Assembly: GCA_964016885.1 (NCBI GenBank)
Contig: OZ024740.1
Location: forward strand, 420,050,001-420,114,000
Length of the DNA: 64,000 bases
DNA from: Eledone cirrhosa
Lineage: Eukaryota
Direction: 5' to 3'
Position numbers and translations under genes: made by a program. The notes beneath the pieces were generated by a model that did no database searches, was not told where the DNA came from, and saw only the letters and a list, made by a program, of their open reading frames with translations. Shown here piece after piece: positions 10,696-21,529 of this stretch; position 1 is the first letter of the stretch, and every line of letters begins with the position of its first letter.

Positions 10696-13606
10696 AGAAT
10701 TCTTGTATTCTCCAGTTCTTCCTTGGGTAAAGAATTCTTCTATTCTCCAGTTCTTCCTTGGGTAAAGAATTCTTCTATTCTCCAGTTCTTCCTTGGGTAA
10801 AGAATTCTTCTATTCTCCAATTCTTCCTTGGGTAAAGAATTCTTCTATTCTCCAATTCTTCCTTGGGTAAGGAATTCTTCTATTCTCCAATTCTTCCTTG
10901 GGTAAGGAATTCTTCTATTCTCCAATTCTTCCTTGGGTAAAGAATTCTTCAATTCTCCAGTTGTTCCTTGGGTAAAGAATTCTTCTATTCTCCAGTTCTT
11001 CCTTGGGTAAAGAATTCTTCTATTCTCCAGTTCTTCCTTGGGTAAAGAATTCTTCTATTCTCCAATTCTTCCTTGGGTAAAGAATTCTTCTATTCTCCAA
11101 TTCTTCCTTGGGTAAAGAATTCTTCTATTCTCCAGTTCTTCCTTGGGTAAAGAATTCTTCTATTCTCCAATTCTTCCTTGGGTAAGGAATTCTTCTATTC
11201 TCCAATTCTTCCTTGGGTAAAGAATTCTTCAATTCTCCAGTTCTTCCTTGGGTAAAGAATTCTTGTTTTCTCCAGTTCTTCCTTGGGTAAAGAATTCTTC
11301 TATTCTCCAATTCTTCCTTGGGTAAAGAATTCTTCTATTCTCCAATTCTTCCTTGGGTAAAGAATTCTTCTATTCTCCAGTTCTTCCTTGGGTAAAGAAT
11401 TCTTCTATTCTTCAATTCTTCCTTGGGTAAAGAATTCTTCTATTCTCCAATTCTTCCTTGGGTAAAGAATTCTTCTATTCTCCAGTTCTTCCTTGGGTAA
11501 AGAATTCTTCTATTCTCCAGTTCTTCCTTGGGTAAGGAATTCTTCTATTCTCCAATTCTTCCTTGGGTAAAGAATTCTTCTATTCTCCAGTTCTTCCTTG
11601 GGTAAAGAATTCTGCTATTCTCCAACTCTTCCTTGGGTAAAGAATTCTTCTATTCTCCAATTCTTCCTTGGGTAAGGAATTCTTCTATTCTCCAATTCTT
11701 CCTTGGGTAAAGAATTCTTCTATTCTCCAATTCTTCCTTGGGTAAGGAATTCTTCTATTCTCCAATTCTTCCTTGGGTAAAGAATTCTTCTATTCTCCAA
11801 TTCTTCCTTGGGTAAAGAATTCTTCTATTCTCCAGTTCTTCCTTGGGTAAAGAATTCTTCTATTCTCCAGTTCTTCCTTGGGTAAAGAATTCTTCTATTC
11901 TCCAGTTCTTCCTTGGGTAAAGAATTCTTCTATTCTCCAATTCTTCCTTGGGTAAAGAATTCTTCAATTCTCCAGTTCTTCCTTGGGTAAGGAATTCTTC
12001 TATTCTCCAATTCTTCCTTGGGTAAAGAATTCTTCAATTCTCCAGTTCTTCCTTGGGTAAAGAATTCTTGTATTCTCCAGTTCTTCCTTGGGTAAAGAAT
12101 TCTTCAATTCTCCAGTTCTTCCTTGGGTAAAGAATTCTTGTATTCTCCAGTTCTTCCTTGGGTAAAGAATTCTTCTATTCTCCAATTCTTCCTTGGGTAA
12201 AGAATTCTTCTATTCTCCAGTTCTTCCTTGGGTAAAGAATTCTTCTATTCTCCAGTTCTTCCTTGGGTAAAGAATTCTTCTATTCTCCAGTTCTTCCTTG
12301 GGTAAAGAATTCTTGTATTCTCCAGTTCTTCCTTGGGTAAAGAATTCTTCTATTCTCCAGTTCTTCCTTGGGTAAAGAATTCTTCTATTCTCCAATTCTT
12401 CCTTGGGTAAAGAATTCTTCTATTCTCCAATTCTTCCTTGGGTAAAGAATTCTTCTATTCTCCAGTTCTTCCTTGGGTAAAGAATTCTTCTATTCTCCAG
12501 TTCTTCCTTGGGTAAAGAATTCTTCTATTCTCCAGTTCTTCCTTGGGTAAATAATTCTTCTATTCTCCAATTCTTCCTTGGGTAAAGAATTCTTCTATTC
12601 TCCAATTCTTCCTTGGGTAAGGAATTCTTCTATTCTCCAATTCTTCCTTGGGTAAAGAATTCTTCTATTCTTCAATTCTTCCTTGGGTAAGGAATCCTTC
12701 TATTCTCCAATTCTTCCTTGGGTAAAGAATTTTTCTATTCTCCAATTCTTCCTTGGGTAAGGAATTCTTCTATTCTCCAATTCTTCCTTGGGTAAGGAAT
12801 TCTTCTATTCTCCAATTCTTCCTTGGGTAAAGAATTCTTCTATTCTCCAATTCTTCCTTGGGTAAAGAATTCTTCTATTCTCCAATTCTTCCTTGGGTAA
12901 AGAATTCTTCAATTCTCCAATTCTTCCTTGGGTAAGGAATTCTTTTATTCTCCAATTCTTCCTTGGGTAAAGAATTCTTCTATTCTCCAGTTCTTCCTTG
13001 GGTAAAGAATTCTTCTATTCTCCAATTCTTCCTTGGGTAAAGAATTCTTCTATTCTCCAGTTCTTCCTTGGGTAAAGAATTCTTCTATTCTCCAGTTCTT
13101 CCTTGGGTAAAGAATTCTTCTATTCTCCAATTCTTCCTTGGGTAAAGAATTCTTCTATTCTCCAATTCTTCCTTGGGTAAGGAATTCTTCTATTCTCCAA
13201 TTCTTCCTTGGGTAAAGAATTCTTCTATTCTCCAATTCTTCCTTGGGTAAGGAATTCTTCTATTCTTCAATTCTTCCTTGGGTAAAGAATTCTTCTATTC
13301 TCCAATTCTTCCTTGGGTAAGGAATTCTTCTATTCTCCAATTCTTCCTTGGGTAAGGAATTCTTCTATTCTCCAATTCTTCCTTGGGTAAGGAATTCTTT
13401 TATTCTCCAATTCTTCCTTGGGTAAAGAATTCTTCAATTCTCCAGTTCTTCCTTGGGTAAGGAATTCTTCTATTCTCCAATTCTTCCTTGGGTAAAGAAT
13501 TCTTCAATTCTCCAGTTCTTCCTTGGGTAAAGAATTCTTCTATTCTCCAATTCTTCCTTGGGTAAAGAATTCTTCTATTCTCCAGTTCTTCCTTGGGTAA
13601 GGAATC
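10696..13606. repeat. 35-bp satellite AAGAATTCTTCTATTCTCCARTTCTTCCTTGGGTA, about 83 copies
   Basis: Strict 35-bp period with an EcoRI site in nearly every unit. Confidence 0.98.
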
Positions 13607-14337
13607 CTCCCTAGTCTATGTTTTTTAATCCATTCTCTGCTATTATTTCTCTTTGAAACTTGATAGTCTTTACAATAACTACTAAAATGTACTTTATCAT
13701 CCTGATCAGTTACTGACATCTTTACCAGGCTTAAGCATGTCCCACATACTTGTGATTATGCATTTTGTAAATCACTTGTATTTTATGAGGAAGAGAAGCT
13801 GTTTATGTCAATAGAAAACTCATTTGGCTATCAATAGGCTTTTCTTTTTTTTTAAATATATTTGCTTCATCTATAACAGCATCTATTCCTTCAAACTTGC
13901 TGTGTTTACCCCCCATCTCCTGTTCAATATTACATGCTCTAGCAACTTTACCTAATATTGTTGTTCACGCTAATTCTCGACCATGTAATATAGTAATTTC
14001 CACCTTTTTTTTAAATGATAATCAATAAGCTGTTTGGAAAAGAATTAGAACACACTCTAATTGCTAAAATATATTTACATACAACGAAGTAATGTATGAC
14101 AAAGTTCTGTATAATCTCAAGTGAAACTAAACATGATATATCCATTGTGCTACCTCTGTGAAATATTTGCTCAGTTACTGCTTTGCTGGAGGTTGAACAC
14201 AGATACTACAACTAATTAACAAGAACAGCTTCAGCCATATCTAACTGCTTTCTCCTAGTAATGTTAACAGCATATAATGTACCCTATTTTTTTAATCCTA
14301 TTAAAGGGGTTAGCTCTATTAGAACTATCCTTAGAAC

Positions 14338-15226
14338 ATCATCATTGTTTAATCATCATCGTTTAATGTCCATTTTCCATGCTAGCATGAGTAGGACTGG
14401 CTGTCCTGTTGTGAGAGATCCAGGTTAGATGACTGTCTTGTTCACACAGAACTGATTTCAGCTTTGTTTTCTATGGCTAGATGCCCTTCTTAACGCCAAC
14501 CACATTTACAGTGTGTGCTGGGTGATTTTTGTCGTGACACCTACACGACCACTTTACAGTATGGACTGGGTGATTTTTGTCGTGACACTTACATGACCAC
14601 TTTACAGTGTGTGCTGGGTGATTTTTGTTGTGACACCTACTCGACCACTTTACAGTGTGTGCTGGGTGATTTTTGTTGTGACACCTACATGACCACTTTA
14701 CAGTGTGGCCTGGGTGATTTTTATTGTGACACCTACTCGACCACTTTACAGTGTGGACTGGGTGATTTTTGTTGTGACATCTACATGACCACTTTACAGT
14801 GTGGACTGGGTGATTTTTGTTGTGACACCAACATGACCACTTTACAGTATGAACTGGGTGCTTTTTATTGTGACACCTACATGACCACTTTACAGTGTGG
14901 ACTGGGTGCTTTTTGTTGTGACACCTACATGACCACTTTACAGTGTGGACTGGGTGATTTTTGTTGTGACACCTACATGACCACTTTACAGTGTGGACTG
15001 GGTGCTTTTTGTTGTGTCTTTTACACAACCACTTTACAGTGTGAGCAGGCACTTTTTGTTGTGTCACCCACACTATCACTTTACAGTGTGGAAAGCATGC
15101 TTTTACAGTGTGGAAAGGATGCTTTTACAGTGTGAACTGGGTGCTTTTTGTCGTGACACCTACATGACCACTTTACAGTGTGGACAGGATACTTTTTTGT
15201 TGTGATACCAACATAACTTAACAGTG
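14338..15226 (-). mobile_element. RTE 3' UTR/tail fragment with expanded 48-bp internal repeat (about 14 copies)
   Basis: (CAT)n tail, CCATGCTAGCATG, GATGCCCTTC motif, then ACCACTTTACAGTGTGGACTGGGTG... units. Confidence 0.85.
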
Positions 15227-16166
15227 TAAGGGTGGTGAGGACAGAAGTGGGTGGCTGGGTGTTGGGACGTGGGAGGTTATGGCAGGGGGTATAGTAATTA
15301 AGAGATGCCTACTAGATGTGTTTGAGTCCTAGCACATGCAGTCAATACAAAAGGAAAATTCTGTGAGCTTTTTTTCTTTTAACATCCATTTTTCCATACT
15401 TAGATTCATAGAATGATTTTTCATTGAAGACTCTCTCTATCTATCTCTATCACTCTCCCCCTCTCTTTCTCTCCCTTCCCATCTCTCCCTTCCCATCTCT
15501 CCCTTCCCCTCTCTCTCTTCTCCCGAGACATACATATTTATGTTTTTATATACTTCAAGCAATGTTTGTATTGTATGTCCATGTCTGCCCAGATTGATTA
15601 AATCTAAATCTATCTAAAAACATCTGTCCCCATATCAGTTCTAGAAAGCTGTGTATGTAATGTATGTACCAGAATATTTCTAACTAGAATAATGTTTAAA
15701 CTGGAGATATTTCCTCATGCACAAAGGAAATAAATTAACATAAATCATTTCCTTCATTTTAATTCAACCTCTCAAAGATTATTGGTCAGGCAACTTCATA
15801 AGAAATGTCTAACCTAACTAAAAAAAGAAAGAAATATTGAATTTATTAATTAATAATGAATTTTCATAATCTATATCTTTTAACCCTTTCATTACCATGT
15901 TTCTAATGAATGACTCTGGCTAGGATTTCCAAACAATGTTAAAAATAATCAAACTGGTATTAGAAGCAGAGAGTTAGTGGTCGTTGCAGCATCAGACAAA
16001 TCTATAGCAGCATTAGTTCAAGTCCCACCGAGGTCAACTTTGTCTTTCATCTTTCTGGGGCTTGATGAAATAAAGTACCAGTTAAATTGATTTTCCCTTT
16101 CCCTCAAATTACCTCTCTGCCAATATTAGAAAAAATTATTAAGCTGGTCTTTGGAACATAACTTAA

Positions 16167-16396
16167 CCCCTTCGTAACCACATTTCTAATGAAATACACT
16201 CTATTTTAATTAATTAATGACAAATTTTGAGATTTACTTAAATTATTAGTTATTTCATTACTAAGATAGTAACTTAATGTAAAGTTCTTATATAAAATTA
16301 TGTTGGAAGATTTTAATTTAAATTGGAAACCTTTAAAATGGGTGGCTTTATTTCATAGAACCAGAGCTGGTTTGGGTCAGGTTGGTAACTAAAGGG
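16167..16396. mobile_element. piggyBac-like MITE
   Basis: TTAA|CCCCTT...AAAGGG|TTAA ends; a closely similar copy lies at 49543-49772. Confidence 0.75.
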
Positions 16397-17177
16397 TTAA
16401 GGAAAGTTCTTACATAAAATTATATTGGAAGGGTTTTAGATAAATATATATATATATATATACTTTAAAATAAACAGCTTCGTGTTGTAGAACTAGAGGT
16501 GATATCAAGACATTTTAAAAGTCTTTGATATTGTGTGAGTGTTGTTAATAGAATAAAATTGTAAAGACAGAGTTGGGTAATCTCTCACAGAGTTGAATCA
16601 ACAAAACATATTTTGATTCCTAGTTCTAGTTGTTCCACTTCATTTATATTACTGATATCTTTCACAACAGCATGAATGTTACGCTATCCCACGTCCACTT
16701 TTGCCTTATTAAGAAATAAATATTTAATCCTTACATGTAAGTATGAAACCTGAGACATTTAGTCATTGAAAAATGGGGAGATTGAGAAGTTCACAACTTT
16801 CTAAAATGTGTTAGAATTCAGTCTCTTTCTGGGAATGAGGTAGACTTAATCCAATTTTAATACTACCACTTGGCTGTTGAGTGCTATTGGCAGAGCCTAG
16901 ATTGTTGCAAGGATCCAGGCCAGATCTCAGATTTAAATATAACGCCTATCAGTCTTGGAGGCCTAAAAAAGGGATCATAATTGGTGACATTCCTCATCTG
17001 AAAAAAGAAAAGCATCAATTACAGATTTGTTTGCTGTTTGCCTATTCCTAAATCTACAATGTTTTGTGAAAAATGTTTAAGAATATTGTCTGCAAAATCT
17101 AAATACTTTAGTATTGTTAATACAAAACATTGTGAGATATGTAATAAATGACTGATAAGTTTCAGAAACCCAGTACA

Positions 17178-17572
17178 TCATCATCATCATCACCGTTTTA
17201 CGTCCGTTCTTCCATGCTAGCATGGGTTAGATGGGTTGTCCTGTTGCGGGCAGTGTCCAGTCGGCTGACCTTGTCTTGCTCATATGGGAACTGATTCTGG
17301 CTTGATTTCTACAGCTGGATGCCTTTCCTAACACCAACCTCATTTACAGTGTGGGCTGGGTGCTTTTTTGCCGTGGCACCTCCACGACCACTTTGCAGTG
17401 GAATGATAGGGACCCCAGTCCTATCATCTCATTTCTACAGCTCTGTAAACTGAAGCAATGTGAAATAAAGTGTCTTGCTCAATGAAACAACACATCACCC
17501 GGTCTGAGAATCGAACTCACAACCTTTTGATTGCAAGCCCAATGCTCTAACCACTAAGCCATGTGCCTTCAC
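17178..17572 (-). mobile_element. Chimeric SINE: tRNA/core head fused to an RTE 3' tail
   Basis: Head matches the SINE at 7549-7803 up to GGGGTCCCTATCATT, then switches to the RTE 3' UTR seen at 35110-35374; GTACA flanks both sides. Confidence 0.75.
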
Positions 17573-18069
17573 TGTACAATGTGGTAGAAATATATAAACG
17601 ACAAATGATGACAAATAAAACAAATCAAAGTAATGTTTTACATAGTATATTTCAACATGATATTTCAGAGCTTTTACCCTTTTCTCAAATGTGAAATGAA
17701 AATGGTTCTAGACAAAACGAACAATGTGTTCTTCTCTAACTGGTTTACATGTCTAAAATATGTGTGTAGCCATTATAGTAGCCAATAGTGGCCATGCATT
17801 TCATTTTTTTTAAACTCTTAATATTACATACCACATGAGCAGAACAATGTTGAAATGTACAAAACAGCACTATGATTGCAGCTCATTAAAAATTGGGGTC
17901 ATTACTTTAATACTACAAATTTTCACATTGGTCTGTACTTTAGTAAAGAAAAATACTATAAACATTTGAATTAACAAACTTGTTTTTAAGTCTTTTCTAC
18001 CAAATCATGACAGGATGTTAAAAGTTAAACCAGTTCTTTGGAGTTGGTTTTATCTATATTCCACTAATC

Positions 18070-18125
<56 letters not shown>

Positions 18126-18192
18126 AAGGTTTAGCAAATAATGAAAAAGTTTCAAAATAAATTTTAAAAAATTGACTTTACCTACTATAGTT

Positions 18193-18276
18193 ACCTTTAC
18201 TGATCGGTTTCGAATCCCAAAAATAAAACGGAGACCATACGGCCTTCGTTGCAAAGAAAGATTCTCGTCAGAAGGT
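18193..18276 (-). ncRNA. Type I hammerhead ribozyme, copy 1 (one stem III mismatch)
   Basis: Reverse complement reads ACCTT-CTGACGA-GAATC...GATTC-GAAA-CCGATCAG-TA-AAGGT. Confidence 0.75.
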
Positions 18277-18674
18277 TCTTTTCATTCAAAGAATATAAAA
18301 TTCCTGAATTTAAATCACAGACTAGCGCTATCAAAACTGTTCCCGGGATGAGAGTGGATGATGTAGAAACAGGTTTATCAAGGGCCGAAGCAAAGATAGA
18401 GGCAAAAGGAGGTAGGTCAAACCAGCCACGGCTATCGCTAGCAGCAGTCAGAACGACCAAATTTGTTCTCAACATTAGTGGAGGTAGTAGTAATAGGATA
18501 TGTGTTCCATCACGCACAAGGCGCTAGGTACGCATGTATTGTCCAACCAAATGCCAATGTGGTTCAATGGCGGGTTAATAAATTAACGAGCCAGAACAAA
18601 TATAAAAAAGGTTTAGCAAATAATGAAAAAGTTTCAAAATAAATTTTAAAAAATTGACTTTACCTACTATAGTT

Positions 18675-18758
18675 ACCTTTACCGATCGGTTTCGAATCCC
18701 AAAAATAAAACGGAGACCATACGGCCTTCGTTGCAAAGAAAGATTCTCGTCAGAAGGT
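18675..18758 (-). ncRNA. Type I hammerhead ribozyme, copy 2
   Basis: Exact reverse complement of 19154-19237; 482 bp from copy 1. Confidence 0.85.
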
Positions 18759-19153
18759 TCTTTTCATTCAAAGAATATAAAATTCCTGAATTTAAATCAC
18801 AGACTAGCGCTATCAAAACTGTTCCCGGGATGAGAGTGGCTCGTTAATTTATTAACCCGCCATTGAACCACACTGGCATTTAGTTGGACAATACATGCGT
18901 ACCTAGCACCTTGTGCGTGAAGGAACACATATCCTATTACTACTACCTCCACTAATGTTGAGAACAAATTTGGTCGTTCTGACTGCTGCTAGCGATAGCC
19001 GTGGCTGGTTTGACCTACCTCCTTTTGCCTCTATCTTTGCTTCGGCCCTTGATAAACCTGTTTCTACATCATCCACTCTCATCCCGGGAACAGTTTTGAT
19101 AGCGCTAGTCTGTGATTTAAATTCAGGAATTTTATATTCTTTGAATGAAAAGA

Positions 19154-19237
19154 ACCTTCTGACGAGAATCTTTCTTTGCAACGAAGGCCGTATGGTCTCC
19201 GTTTTATTTTTGGGATTCGAAACCGATCGGTAAAGGT
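19154..19237 (+). ncRNA. Type I hammerhead ribozyme, copy 3 (predicted cleavage after 19232)
   Basis: Stem I ACCTT/AAGGT; core CTGACGA 19159-19165; stem II GAATCTT/GGGATTC with a long apical hairpin; GAAA 19219-19222; palindromic stem III CCGATCGG; GUA cleavage triplet. Confidence 0.85.
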
Positions 19238-19422
19238 AACTATAGTAGGTAAAGTCAATTTTTTAAAATTTATTTTGAAACTTTTTCATTATTTGCTAAA
19301 CCTTGTTTATATTTGTTCTGGCTCGTTAATTTATTAACCCGCCATTGAACCACACTGGCATTTGGTTGGACAATACATGCGTACCTAGCGCCTTGTGCGT
19401 GAAGGAACACATATCCTATTAC

Positions 19423-19453
<31 letters not shown>

Positions 19454-20428
19454 TATATCGTTCTCAATTTATTGTGCAAAACTTCTGAAATGTTTAATGT
19501 AAATAATGTCAGGCATAAAAAGCAGTTTAAAACAGAAAACAAACAAAAAGTTCTTTTAAATGTAATCAGTCACCTGGCAGGTGATAAGTTCCTGATTCCA
19601 ATCTTGCCAGTAAGCCTGTAGCTGTTTGTTGTTTCCAACTGATGTTTACAGTATCAAATTTCATTTAAAGGTAAAATTTGACATTAAAATTTAATCAATT
19701 TAAGATGTTCCTCTCAGTGAATCACCTGACTTATTCTATAGATTTTGTTCTATTATATTCCTAAATTTTTGTTGTGTCCCATGGACAAAATGGCGAAAGC
19801 ACTGCTGTGGAGAACAAACAGCCAGCATTGCTCACTGTCTAAGCCACTCCACCTCATAGAGCTCCTTCCTCAGTCACGATATATCCCTCCTAATTTCTCA
19901 GAGGAAAATGACAGTTTGGAGACTGACAACACCAGCAGTCTTGACCACAACCAGTAAGAAAAGGAAGTGGTCAGTCAAGTCCCAGTATTTGGATATCTGA
20001 CTGTTTCTATGGCAATTCTTTCACCATTTTCTCCACGGGGTGCAGCTGAGATATCCTGCCTAGACTGGGGTGTAGAGTTTGTTGCTGCCCTCCTTCCCAT
20101 TCTTCTTACTTTTATTATTTTATTTAATAGATTGGCGGAATCAGTAGAGCATCAGACAATATGCTTTGCACCATAGAGTTATGGCCCTTTACGTTCTGAG
20201 TTCAAATCCTGCCAAGGTTAGCTTTAGATAGATAAACTAAAGTACCGGTAATGCACTGGGGTCAATTTAATCGACTTTCTCCTCCTCCAAAATTGCTGGC
20301 CTTGTGCCTAAATCAGAAACCATTATTTAATTTTTCTATTTCAAAAAAATATTTTTTGTTGCAAACTTTATACAATTTAATTGAAATTTGTTAAATAGAG
20401 ATTTTCACTTGTATTTTTGTTGTAACAG

Positions 20429-20563
20429 GAGAATAGCAGAATCCAACCAACCACTCTCGGTAGAATAGCTTCTTATTATTACCTGAGTCATAAAACTCTC
20501 AAAATGTTTCATGAAGAACTCACGGAAGTTTGTGGAATACCAGAACTAATCAAAATCTTGTCT
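20429..20563 (+). CDS. ASCC3: ASCC3 exon B: ENSRIQPTTLGRIASYYYLSHKTLKMFHEELTEVCGIPELIKILS (start of Sec63 domain)
   Basis: tgtaacAG acceptor, GTAAGT donor; phase 0 to 0; GRIASYYYL signature of Brr2/ASCC3 Sec63 units. Confidence 0.95.
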
Positions 20564-21529
20564 GTAAGTTTCTTTTTATATATTCTTATTTATATCATCA
20601 TCATCATCATCATCATTTTACATTGATTTTCTATGCTAGCATGGATTAGATGGGTTGTCCTGTTTGAGGTAAGTCGGGTTAGGTGACTTGCTCATACAGG
20701 TCTGTTTCTGAGTTGGTTTCTACAGCTGGATGCCATTTCTAACATCAAACACACTTACTGTGTAAACTGGGTGCTTTTTGTCATGACACCAATATGACCA
20801 CTTTACAGAGTGGGTTGGGTGCTTTTTGTTGTAACATACACCTACATGACCACATTACAGTGTAGACTGGGTTATGTATTTATATTAATTTATTTCATGT
20901 TGCTCCAGTTCACTCAGGTGTAGAAATGTGTTACAACATCACTGGTGCCAAGTTGTATCAGCCATTGCCTTTCCCTTGGACAACATTGGTGGCATGGAGA
21001 GAGAAGAGCGGCATCATGGCGACTGCTGGTTTTCCACAAACAACCTTTCCCGGGTTTGTGCTTCAGAGGGGAGCTTTCTAGGTGTAAAACCCAGGTCATT
21101 CATGACTGAAGGAGGTCTTTACCCTTTACTCATGTGAATTTACACAATATACATCATGGAGTTTGCTTGGACTTGTGTCTTAGAGGGGAAATTTCTAGGT
21201 TCACAACCCGTGGTGATTCATGACCAAAGGAGGTCTTTACCCTTTTTATATGTATTAAATAAGAAACTCTTAATCCAAAGATTTGAAGCTCACAAATAAG
21301 ATATTTGAAGGGTGGGTACCGTTTGGTTTGACAGGAATCAGGAGTACAGGTTGGCATTAGTTAAATCAAATGTTTATAGTAGCTTTACTACTGGACATAT
21401 TGTGTTAAAATGTTGGATTATTAGAGTAAATACTTTGTCTGATATCTGATTAATGTTTCAGCAAATATAGAAAGTTTGGTTTAGGGTGTTTGTTGAGTTT
21501 TTGTGGTTTGATTGGAGCAAGTCTTATTT

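Larger units (their letters stand above)
18121..19422. mobile_element. Retrozyme-like / non-autonomous Penelope-like element: 482-bp hammerhead-bearing monomer in two divergent multimeric arms
   Basis: Left arm 18121-18839 (about 1.5 units, minus sense) and right arm 18837-19422 (about 1.2 units, plus sense); (TA)n on both flanks; three hammerhead motifs. Confidence 0.8.

Noticed and set aside
10696-13606. CRISPR-like regular 25-48 bp arrays (also 42399-42875, 44132-47010)
   Set aside because: No unique spacers, no cas genes, eukaryotic intron context.
19745-20176. Non-repetitive, slightly GC-richer stretch with 70-aa and 69-aa ORFs and an AAAATGGCG motif
   Set aside because: No recognisable homology; ASCC3 exons A and B join without needing an extra exon; cannot be supported from sequence alone.
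20429-20563. Alternative assignment of the exons to SNRNP200/Brr2
   Set aside because: LPVRHNED, DY.TDTK.VLDQA and QGWLVT match the ASCC3 C-terminal Sec63 unit better than Brr2, by recollection; a BLASTP of the spliced 248-aa peptide would settle it.
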